Source: Lama guanicoe
Lineage: Eukaryota
NCBI GenBank assembly: GCA_013239625.1
Contig: MU054220.1
Location: 8,839,367-8,903,366, forward strand
DNA: 64,000 nucleotides
Reading direction: 5' to 3'
Shown: in pieces, positions 53,271-64,000 of the stretch
Position numbering within the stretch: position 1 is the first letter of the stretch
Layout of the letters: the number at the start of each line of letters is the position of its first letter
The notes under the pieces: model-generated
What the model was told of the DNA's origin: nothing
The model's input: only the letters and a program-made list of their open reading frames with translations
The model's database searches: none
Made by a program: the position numbers and the translations under genes

Positions 53271-54749
53271 TACACTATTTCTGGGTGCTTTATTCTGTTC
53301 CATTGGTCTATTTGTCTATTTTTGCCTCTAATACCATGCAGTCTTGATTGCTTTAGCTTTATAGTACTCAAAGGCATTAAAAATTGTTTCATAGAATTCC
53401 CAAGCCACTATGTTTATCAATTAATGCCAAACTGTAATTCCTTTATGAAAATATACTCTATGATACACCAATGACGGATGTAAGGTAAGGTATATAGAAG
53501 CAATTCTGTAGAAGGCCCATCTGTTCTTTATGCCCCATGGAATCCCACTGCATCAGATACAGTCACTCCTGACCATCCTCCTCACATACATAGCTGACCT
53601 GGTGAGTGGTCCATTAGTTCTGCCATTTAGATGATGGGAGTGATAAAGCCAAGACAATAAGTATATTTATGCCCAAAGAATGTCTTAAAGCTGTTTTAAG
53701 TGTCTGCATCCTAAACCTTAAAGACATCTTCTATCACACAACTTCATTCACTCATTCAAGAAACTTTGCTGAACTAGGCACAATTAAATAGAAAGAGAAA
53801 GCTCAATTTTTCCCCAGAGTAACATCTAACTTAGTCAATAAAACTTCAGTATCAAGTTAGAGGACCAAAGTCGGATAAAGCTCAAGTAAAGATGTTCAGA
53901 TTCCAATGAAGTGCCTTTAAAAAGTATCGGTATATTTGCAATCAAGGACTAACTGCAGGTGAATGACTTTGAGGTTTGTCTTTGTGAGAACACAGGGCTT
54001 GGTGCTTCTTAATATACATTCTTTATAACCACTGTCACTCAGTTTAGTAGCAAGAGAGTTGAGATTGACCACCTGGGTTCCTGACTCCGGAGACAATGTC
54101 TCTGAGACATAGGAAGATGACAAAGAACACTTTTAAAACAAATAGCAGCAAGAAAAAAAATCTGGTATTACGTGATAAGGTGGGAAAGTGATGACCACTG
54201 AAAAGTTTATCACCAGCAATGATATGAAGGTGGAATGCTGTGTGTGGAAGTTACCTTACACAAAGCACAAAGGATATATGTGAAGCTGATGAGACAAAAA
54301 GAGGGTTTTTTGGTATATGACTATTCCCATCAAAGGTAATCTATTGCAACAGATAAACTCCTGATTGGGTCCCAAGTCACTGGTTAAAGTTTAGAAGAGA
54401 GCTGTGTTGTTGAGCCAAATCCAATCAAAAGCCTATGAGGACAAGTCAGAAATGGAATCAGAATCATGAAAAATGATCTGAGACTGTTTCTGGAACAGCT
54501 GCTTCTCCTCTAAGGGAAATTGCCTGGGCTGGGCATTGGAAGCTATCTCATGCCATGTACAAGGGAGAGGTGTGGGGCAAAGAATGCCAAGTTGACCCAG
54601 TTGTGAGTACAGATATTCTAGTGTATTGAGCAAAAAGACAGCAGAATGAAAACCACTAATTAAAAAGACACTGATGGCTTTAGGAAGTGTGATCTGTGCT
54701 AGTTTAGAGATCACGGTCAGGCAGAAAAAAGAATCATACGTGCCTGTTC

Positions 54750-55045
54750 ACACATTTGTTTATGCAGTAAGCTGCTACTCTGTCCCAGGAACTGTGCTTC
54801 CTTCCCATTGGGTACAAAGTAGTGAACACACTGATAGAGTCCTTGGTTGCATGGAACTTCTATTTTGTGGAGAAAGAGATAATAAATAAATATGTAAATA
54901 GCATTCAGTTGATAACCTATGATAAAGAGAAAAATAGCAGAATAAGAGGGATAAATAGTTTTGGAGCCAAGTGGGTGGAGGTACTACTTTTATAAGAGTA
55001 ATCAAGAAAGCTCTTTCTTAAGAGTTGACATTTGAGCATAGCATC
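54750..55045 (-). mobile_element. L2 3' end
   Basis: CTACTCTGTCCCAGGAACTGTGCT...CATGGAACTTCTATTTTGTGG...TGACATTTGAGC. Confidence 0.7.
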
Positions 55046-55173
55046 TAGGTAACCCTTGAGTAGGCCTCATAGAAGAAGTCACCGTCAGCTCTATGAATCC
55101 ATAAGAATACACCAGATGAAAAAAATATATATCTTATGGATAGAATCCAAAAGATTAAAAAAAATCTATTTTG

Positions 55174-55486
55174 GATTCATAGACATAGAATACAAACTTG
55201 CGGTCGCCAGGGGAAAGGGCAGGTGGGAAGGGACAGACTGGGAGTTCGAAATTTGTAGATACTGACAGGCATATGTAGAGTAGATAAACAAGATTACACT
55301 GTGTAGCACAGGGAAATATATACAAGTTCTGGTGGTAGCTCACAGGGAAAAAGAATGCGATAATGAATATATGTATTTTCATGTATAACTGAAAAATTGT
55401 GTTCTACGCTGGAAATTCACACAACATTGTACACTGATTATAACTCAATAAAATAAAATAAACCTTTCTGAAACAGGAACAAAAAC
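55174..55486 (+). mobile_element. Young L1 3' UTR (second subtype) with TSD
   Basis: CATAGACATAGAATACAAACTTG...GGGACAGACTGGGAGTTCGAAATTTGTAGATAC...; TSD AAAAATCTATTTTG (55160-55173) / AAAAATCTGTTTTG (55487-55500). Confidence 0.92.
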
Positions 55487-56312
55487 AAAAATCTGTTTTG
55501 AAGGCTAAACTTTTCACTTCCACACAGTGATGTGAAAATTTCTCCCTTGGGTCCTTATAAATGTGATACTAAATGGTATTGCAGAAAATGTCTTTCCATG
55601 AGATCATTTTAATAAAAATGTTTCTTGCAACACATCTTATTGTAAGGCAGCAGTACAACACCATTGTTTCTAACATCCTTAAGTTCAAAACAATGAGGTT
55701 CAAATACATACTGTGTATTATTTTAACTTGATCCAAGGTGAAATTGAAAAACGTGAAGCTTACAGATAATAATCGTTACCCATAATCATGACACTAGCAC
55801 AGCCTGTGAACCGTTATCCTAATGAGAGAAGTAGAGAAAACGTGTGACCATTTTCTCAGTCCAGATGGCATCTCCACTCGGTAGGATATTTTGTCTGAAT
55901 TAGACAACAATTCATGGGCAGTCAGGATTAGGCGAGAAATTATTTTTTTTAAAAAAAGGAAAAAAAAAAAAGAAAAAGCATTTTCGATTTCACTCCTGCC
56001 ATGGAACGAAGTAAATTATAAATCTACTTCAACCAAAAAGAGCGTTGTTCTTTCCATTGATATCTGCTATTTTAGATTTCTTTATTTAAGAAAGCTTGGA
56101 TTCCCATCAATGAGTAGAAAATATTGTAGCTGACACTAGAAAAATGTCTGAAGTGAACTCCCTCTGATGTGACTAAACTAATCTCTCACAATAATTATCC
56201 TCTGACCTAAAGATACTGTCAGTTTTTAACATTTTCACCCTAGAACTTTTATCAAACAAATTGGTTTGAATAAGAACTCAATGTTATTATTCTTGCCATT
56301 CTGGCTATTATA

Positions 56313-56318
<6 letters not shown>

Positions 56319-56354
<36 letters not shown>
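56319..56354. repeat. (CA)18 microsatellite
   Basis: Read directly. Confidence 0.98.
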
Positions 56355-56356
<2 letters not shown>

Positions 56357-56474
56357 CCCTAAGAGAGAGGGCAGTGGTCTGTGGTACCAGTGTGTATTCA
56401 GGAAAACTCATGCAAGATGCGTCTAGCAAATTGCCACCATTTCACCCGGTTAATGAAAAGATCACAGAGCAATT

Positions 56475-56670
56475 TGCAGAATCAGGCTGAACTGGGTTAA
56501 AGCCCTGGACCTGCCACTTAACAATCTATGTGAACTTGGGCAAATGATTCATCTTCTCTAAACCTATTTCTTCATCTGTTAAATAAGATTATTAATGACA
56601 TATTTCTCTTAGGATATTGATAATCAAACTGATGCAACGCTCCTGGCTTATATAGGCAATATGTGCTGAT
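56475..56670 (+). mobile_element. MIR SINE
   Basis: CTGCCACTTAACAATCTATGTGAACTTGGGCAAATG...TTTCTTCATCTGTTAAAT. Confidence 0.8.
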
Positions 56671-57454
56671 TTCCCTTCTCTCATCTAAATCACTTCAGTA
56701 GGCACGTGAAAGAACATTGGGCCAAAAAATGCATGAAAATATAATAAAACTGGGGAAGTATTTTGCATGAGAAATTAAAATCCAGATGACTGTGCTTTCG
56801 ATATTCTAAAACTTAACATTATTTCTACATTTAGCATTTTCTGAAATCATTGTGCTTCTTTATTAAATACACTTAATGTGAACTGCTTCTTTTTGTAAAC
56901 TGTTGTTAAATGTATGATGAATTGTGAAACAAGGACATCTTAGAATAAAGGAAACACTGCAGTTAGAATGCAGTGAAATCTCCACGGTAGCAGCCTAATT
57001 ATAATTATATATGTTATAGCATAAGCATGTTACATTATACTGTATGTTGATTTCATATCAGAATTGTGTAAGACAGAACTTCCTAACTTCCCATTCTTCT
57101 ATCTTTTGCTTATTTTTGGTTTCCAGGCCTAAGTGTGTATAGAAGCTTTTCATATTAAGTTCCTAATTATTGAATGCCACACACTATTAGCCAATAAAAA
57201 ATAAATGTCAGAATTGACCCAGTCACAGGGGGCAGGTGACTCATTCTCATCTCGAAGCACATACATCCAAGCAAAAGGGAAGAATCCAGATGCTGCTAAG
57301 TGTCAGGGCCAGGAGAAAAACACAGACTGGCAGCTATTTCAGACTATCCCTAATACAGTCCTATGCTGTGAACAGAAAAAAGAAAAATCAAACATATTTA
57401 TTAAAATTCATACATCTTTGTTTGCAAAACATCAAGACTGGTACCAGATCAAAT

Positions 57455-58812
57455 TTGGATCTGGTCTTTGTCTTCTGAATGTGACAATTTGAAAGACACT
57501 GTTAGATAACAGTTAATCATCAAAATACCACATACGATACCACCGCTATCCGATCTCCTCTACTTCTTGGAAACATGGAAGAACATACTTCCTACATCCC
57601 TTGAGGGGAGGAAAGCCTCCATGGCTTGTTCTGCCAAATGGTCTGAGAGTGGAAGAGACTGGTGTCACTTGCAGGACAAGCACTTAACTGTAGCAGTGTC
57701 ACCTCCCCTCTCTCTTCCCCTTCCATAGGAATTGTGGGAAAGTCCCCATGTTGCCTTAGCAACGCCCTAATTACCAAGCCAGCCCAGAGAACCATGTACC
57801 TTGGAGAGCTCCTCAGACTAAACAGAATCCTGGGCTTGAAACACAGAAATGTTGGCGCTCATTGTTACGGTGGCCTGACCTGTCCTATCGAGACCAACAC
57901 CTCATATGATGAGTAGAAGTACTAACTCTGCCAACAGTGTCCCTAGGGTTGCACAGGCAACGGGCTCAGCTACCTGGTTATCACAAAACAGCACTTCACA
58001 GTCTGTGCTTCCTCTATCATTAATGACATAGAATGCTCAGGGAACAAATTATTTAATGGTCATAGAGGGTGAGACACAATGCAGCCAAGGCACCATGCTA
58101 GAAATTCATAGCACCAAGGAGCACATTACAGCTGCTGAGATTCCTACCTACAGAGACGCACATGCACTGGAGGGCTGGGGAAAGTGTCCTTGAGGAAGCA
58201 GCACAGAACTCAGCTCCAAGACACAAGCAGACTGGCGGTAAATCTGCACTGAAATAAACTTTTGATTTCTACTCAGTCCTTTACAAAATCCAACCAATGG
58301 GAGAAAAAGGACCATGTCTATATTGTGACTACACATGATCCAGTACTTTTAAAACTCTCCTCCCTCTTTTGTGGAGGAAGATTTGCTTTCTTGTAGGCAG
58401 AGAAGGGGTCCCTTAGGTCAAAAGTCCTTGTCATATTATCCATTGCCTTTATTTTTCAAAAGTAAAATTTTTTGGTTCTGCCTGGAGACATTATCTATTT
58501 AACTTGGTTTCAAACACTGGGGAGGAAACAGAAGGCACATGTGTGTCTGAGAGCCAGAAGAAACAGTATGTATGTATACCGTAACCTGAAAAGAAACATG
58601 TATCTTCAAACAGCCAAGAGAAGGCCACTGAGTCTGGGGAGGGAATTAAGCTTGGATCTGGTCTTTGTCTTCTGAATTTGACAGTTTAAAGGACACTGTT
58701 GGATAACAGCTAATCATTCAAATAACATATATGACACCACTACTATCCAGTCTCATCGACTTCTTGGAGACATGGAAGAGCATACTTCCCACATCCCTTG
58801 AGGAGAAGAAAG
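57455..58812 (+). repeat. 161-bp direct duplication (57455-57615 and 58652-58812)
   Basis: Ungapped hand alignment, 23 mismatches in 161 (about 86%), offset 1197 bp. Confidence 0.95.
57555..57900 (+). mobile_element. Old MLT1 (I-K-like) LTR
   Basis: CATACTTCCTACATCCCTTGAG...CATGGCTTGTTCTG...GTGTCACTT...TTGTTACGGTGGCCTGACCTGTCCTATC. Confidence 0.6.
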
Positions 58813-61194
58813 ACGAATCTATTGAAGTCGGCAGGGGAAGTATGAAGTGGGGATGTGAAGTGAATAGAAGCATGTGAGGTGTGAAGGACTTGGGGGCCAT
58901 GTGATGCATTTTGTAATGTTTTCCAAACAAAATGGCTAGTTATTAAAATATTTAAATAAGAGAATGGCATTTTTAAATTTACATTTGAAATATAAATGAT
59001 GGAAGAGAGCAGGCGCTGGGAGAGCATTTGAAGATCCCAATTATGCTTGTTCAGGGAACAAAACTAAAATGCAGACTAGGATGATGGCAACACGCATAAG
59101 GAGAGGAGGACAGATTCTGTGATCTCTGGATGAGGGTGGGTCCTTCCTAGAATGGGCTTTGATAGCTAAGTTGAAGGAGGTGTATCCACTAATCTGTTCT
59201 TGAGGTGTTTCCATTAAAATAGTCATTTAACCTGCCTATCTGATGTATACAGACATCCTACATTGAAAATAATACCTTCCTGCCCTGTTTTACACAACTT
59301 ACCACTTACGCACAAGGCATTAAGGTACGTTAAGTGCACTGTACCATTAAGTGGCTTGCCTAACTCCACCCATCAAATTAGACTGAGATGTGTGCTACAC
59401 CCTAGAACTCCTGAATGCCAGTCTTCGGCTCCTTGTCATATACACAAAGCACATCTTTGACTATGTCCACTTTTTCTTCTTAAAAAACTTCAAGGACTGA
59501 CATTTCCTTCCCAATTAGAATCCAAAGTCTTTAGAAAAGAATTTTAGGCTCATTTTAATCTCTCTTTAACCTCCTTTTCTGCCCTTAATACTAATGATTT
59601 TATTATATTTCAATAATAATTTCTTGACTTTGCTTTCTTTACCTTACTGGGATTTCTAATTTATGTTATCCACCTAAATGCTTTCTGCCTTTATTTTTAA
59701 TTTGTAAGATATCCAGTCCACATATTATAGTTATTTCTTCCCATGAATTTCTTTTATGAAATTACCCAACAAGATGAAGTCTCTTCTTTCTAAGTTCAGT
59801 AGTATTTCCTTTGTTCATCCCAACAGCTCTCCTCAAATAGAGTCTGGTTACTGATGACTTAATGGCCACATCTTATTTCCATTATTAGATTGGATGAATA
59901 ATAACTTGCTTATAATTAATCCATCTTACATGTATTACATGTCTTAGAAAGTTTGTAAATGTTCTTAATCAAATACAAATAAGAATTAATTCTTGAACAC
60001 AAGCTTCCAGAAAGCGTTGTGCTGTGGAAAGCAGAAGTGAAAACCTTTTAGGCAAGATAATTTAACCAAAGATTGAAGAAACAGGAAGTCTCTGAGATTA
60101 TAGTAAGAGAGGTTACTTATTTATTATTACCTCACTCTCAAACATATACCAGGTTTTTCCCCTATTTGTCCTCACCTTTTTCAAGATATTAAATTCTTTG
60201 CCATTGTTATCTCTTATGGTAATGAGAGTACAAAGTTTATGAGTAGTTTGAGATCTGGGGAGAAGAAAATGACTTATCCAGTCAATCCTGGGTATCAATT
60301 CAATGGTCCAATGAAGGGCTAACTCCACATCAATCACTAAGGTTATCAATTCTGCACGTATCACAAGCAATGCATGAATTTCTTTAATGGCATAGAAAGA
60401 CAGTTACTGAGAAAGCTGATAAGAAATGTGCAAAATTCTATCACAGTATTAGCTGGCGATGACTACCGGCTGACAGTATTAATAGCTGTATATTCTAATA
60501 CATTGGCAACATGTAATTAACAGTTTTGCATATTAGTTTAAAGGAGTACAATGCCTTTGTGTCAAAATAAAATATAACTGAGAGTTAACCTGCAAAAAGG
60601 AACAAAACTTGTAATTAACACATTTCATATCTTCTATATATTTGATATCTTTAGCAATTATCTGCTAAAGGGAAAGCATGGTAGGGGAAAAAAAGCCCTT
60701 TTATTATTGTGAATTTATCAGTTTGACAGATGAAGATTTTTACATAGTTCTGAATACAAAGTAGGGTTTTGTGATTCTGACAGGAAATAGCTTTGACTAT
60801 GATATTGGGTAGTAAATAAGGGGATACGTGGAAAAGATGAAATGATGGCTAATGGAAGGAAAGTAATGTAGCTAAATAAAGCGGTATCTTAAAAATCAAA
60901 GTTTCTGAACCAGGAAAAAAAACTTGCAGACAGATAAATATTCAGTAGAGTTTTCCTTATTCTGCTTTATAAATAGAAATCATGCAGTTAAACTAGATGT
61001 GTCAGTAGTATCTTCTCACGAAGATCTTAAATCACCTTATAGAAGCATATTGCATTTTCTGCTCTATTAGAAGCATGATGGTAAGGAGAGGCATTTGCTA
61101 TTTTATTCTCAAATAGTTTAATTTGCATTTTTGAAAAAAGTTAGAGCCATAGCAAAGGATTAAAGCATGTTTGTCCTATGTCTTTATTGATGTG

Positions 61195-61350
61195 AGACAG
61201 CCTGATAATGTGGAAAAACACTGAATACAGGTGGTTCCAAGACCTTGGTCACTCTCTGACTCTTTAACAAATTCAAGCAGGGACTTTGGACAAAATTACT
61301 TTATCCCTCAGAGCTCAGTTTCCAAAGTTGTATAATGGATTCAATAAAAT
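61195..61350 (+). mobile_element. MIR SINE
   Basis: GACTTTGGACAAAATTACTTTATCCCTCAGAGCTCAGTTTCC. Confidence 0.6.
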
Positions 61351-62139
61351 GTAATGTCTGTTTATTTCTAAAATCGTAAGTCATGACACAGAATGATTAA
61401 ATATATAACTAAGCAACCACTCTTTGAGCATATATTTAAAATCTCTTTCCAAGCACCAACCTCAAGCATTTTACAATTTAGTGGGAGATAAAGAATGTGA
61501 ACATTTAATTATATTACATGGTTATTAGTTAAACAACAGAGTAAGTAGAGAGTGTTATGAGGGTGACCAGAAACTACAGGTGAGTGTTTCATAGAACCGC
61601 AAAGAAGGTGTCTTGGGGGCTGCAGTTTTTCAACTGAGACCAGATGGACAAGTAGAAAATAACCAGATGAAGGGAAGAGAGCACCCCAGCCGAGGTAACA
61701 GCACTGGAAAGGCCAGCTGTGGAAGTAAGCATGTGACATTCATAATGAAAACTGGAATCATTGTCCCAGTTCACCAGATTGCCCTAGGCGTATTATAAGT
61801 AGCAACAGTTCACACAGGTTTTTAACATCCTGGGGTCAGAAGTTAAATGACCCTAGCGGAACCTGGCACCTGGGTGAATCAATGCAATGGGGCTGCCTAG
61901 AAGCTGACTGGGTGTGATCCATCACCCTGCCCTGCCCTGGCTATGCTACGGCAACCAGTGCTCATCTGTGGCAGGCAACCGCAAACTATACTGCCGTGGT
62001 GCCTTCTGTTTCTCTGTTTTCCTGATGGACAAATTACTTGTTTCCACTTCGAAATGACCCAAGTAGCTAAATGTAACCATCGCTTCCCAGACTACACGAT
62101 CTCCTTGTTTAAGCAGTCTTCAGGATACCGAGCCGAAAT

Positions 62140-62530
62140 CCACTAAGCATGCTCCCAGCTCAGAGCTCCTGTGTTCGTCCTTCTATCAGTTAACTACGTG
62201 GTTTATAGCATCACTTTTTTCAGGTCTCTGCTCAGCTGTCACCTCATCTGCATCCTCCTCCTGAGTCACCAGACATAAAATATCCCTCTGCCACCATCAT
62301 TCACTAGCCCTTTCTCCAGCTACGTACAATTTCACAACTATCACTAGTTTTTATACATTCTGTACTCTACCTATATGTGTGTGCGTATTATCCACTTTTG
62401 GTGTCCCTCACTAGAATGCAGGTTCAAAGAGGTCATGGAATTTGTGTATTTTATTATCTTCTGTTTCTCCAGGATAGAGAACAGTGTCTAGCTCATAGGA
62501 ATCATTCAACGCAAATTTGTTGAATAAGTT
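62140..62530 (+). mobile_element. L2 3' end
   Basis: CAGGTCTCTGCTCAGCTGTCACCTC...CACTAGAATG...AGAACAGTGTCTAGCTCATAG...ATTTGTTGAATAA. Confidence 0.8.
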
Positions 62531-62865
62531 CACTTCTCTATCCTATGGGAAGGAATTATTAGATAGCTGCAAGTTTTTATTAAAGAGCTTATTACATTTT
62601 TTTATCCAAGAATATGTCACAAGGATACTTCTTAGCTGAAAGTAACATCAAAATATATTTTTGGAAGTGAGGTTTGGCGATAACCCTTCCTCTGATATTT
62701 TCCATTCACTGATTTTCATTATGGGTACTTAATGGAAAAACAACGCAAATCAGAAGATAGAAGTACTTTTGGAAGCCTGTGGAAAAGATCCCAGAAGTGG
62801 AAAGTCTGCCGAGAGGACTAGGAATGAAGGAGTCTGGTATCATGACTCTAAGAGAACCTCCACAG

Positions 62866-63350
62866 CAGTGCTTCTCAAACTTCTTCATCTCAGGACTGTT
62901 TGAGACTCTTAAAAATTACTGAAGACATGGAAGACCCTCCGTTTCTGAGGTTTTCAGTCAGCACTATGTTGGACCTGACCTATATCAAGCAAAAAGGGTC
63001 AGTCATTCATTGGGTGCCTCTCTTCTCAAATTTTCAGTTCACTTTCGTTACTTGGGAGCTTGAAATCAGCCATGCGGGAATATTCACATAATGGAATTGA
63101 ATTGAAAATGCTAAAAATTGGGACTTTCTTTGAGAGCCAGTTTATAAACCTATCACTGGTGTCTTTCCCTATATTTAATAAAGAATTTAAACAGGAATTT
63201 AAAAGCAAAAAAACATATATTGTGTACACAATAGGAAGAAAAAGGTTAGCAACTTCTTAGTGTTATTATGAAAACAGTTTTAACCATGTGGACCCCGGAA
63301 GGGTTTGGGGGACTCCCTGTGGTCCCCAGTCTACATATTTGGAACCACTG
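62866..63350. mobile_element. Charlie4/MER80-like hAT relic with an internal MER63-like fragment (about 63020-63110)
   Basis: Termini CAGTGCTTCTCAAAC ... TTTGGAACCACTG; TTATTATGAAAACAGTTTT...GGACCCC; internal GAGCTTGAAATCAGCCATG...ATATTCACA resembles the reverse complement of 418-605. Confidence 0.7.
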
Positions 63351-64000
63351 TTCAATATCATGGTAGCTGGAATCTGAGTCGACCCCAAACATTCCATCTG
63401 AAGCCTGTGCACACAGAACAAAGTATGTAAACATAAGCTAAAACATGCCATCATTTCTTGCAACTTAATACCCAAGGGAGTTAGCTTGTGGGACTTCCTC
63501 ACCTGACTATAACAACACAGAGTCATCTTGCTTCATATGTAATGAGAGATTGCTTGTTTCTTACACCTCAAGTTAGAAAACATGCATCAGAAAGGAGCTG
63601 TAGTCCTCAGTGATCTTCACGTTGAAACAGCAAAGACCACTGGTTATAGTCCCAGCATCGCTCAGATTAGTAAAGACCAGCTGAGATGACCGAAGTGTTT
63701 GAACTGAAGAATGCTTTAACGGCAGGAAAAGTCATAGAATTTCAGGCAACAGGGATCAGTGAAAAGGAACAGCCAGGATTGTTGATACATGGACTATTGG
63801 AAGACAATCATGAGGGATGCCAAGAAATACTTAGATACACATGGTTTTGTGAACTGCTGAAGTGTTTACATAATCAGTAGATAAAGACTGAACATTAGTG
63901 AAACTGACTTTGCTCTACAGAAGATTTCACTGCTATTGAGGAACACGGTTTGCCAATGGGCAACTAGGATCTATCTACAGACATTCCTTCCAGTTATTCA

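Noticed and set aside
54433..54714. ORF with the coiled-coil-looking LEEKQLFQKQSQ
   Set aside because: Too short a resemblance and no exon boundaries
4749..55486. Plus-strand excess of L1 copies implying a minus-strand host gene
   Set aside because: About 10 versus 6 copies; too few to be meaningful
63686..63880. Protein-looking ORF MTEVFELKNALTAGKVIEF...
   Set aside because: No family recognised and no convincing splice signals; needs BLAST
1..64000. ORF-track ORFs (60-130 aa) as genes
   Set aside because: They are short, often lie inside repeats or microsatellites, and contain no recognisable domains except decayed L1 ORF2 pieces; no consistent exon chain is visible
1..64000. CRISPR-like array, satellite or prokaryotic system
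   Set aside because: No regularly spaced repeats; the repeat content shows the sequence is mammalian

Overview
AT-rich mammalian non-coding DNA (intergenic or a large intron). It is probably camelid: this is inferred from six young artiodactyl-type L1 3' ends and from seeing no Alu, BovB/Bov-tA, CHR, PRE-1 or Can-SINE copies. I recognise no protein-coding gene, RNA gene or CRISPR-like array. The only ORFs I can identify are degenerate L1 ORF2 fragments. The window is a mosaic of L1, L2, MIR, MaLR/ERV LTRs, hAT and Tigger relics, and microsatellites. Repeat family names come from my recollection of consensus sequences and boundaries are approximate. The most notable structures are: a twin-primed (5'-inverted) L1; L1 copies with apparent 3' transductions; a shared L1 breakpoint site; two back-to-back solo LTRs near a CpG-retaining promoter-like patch; a 161-bp local duplication that begins at a palindrome; and two stand-alone hairpins. 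I did not find convincing evidence of a new biological system.
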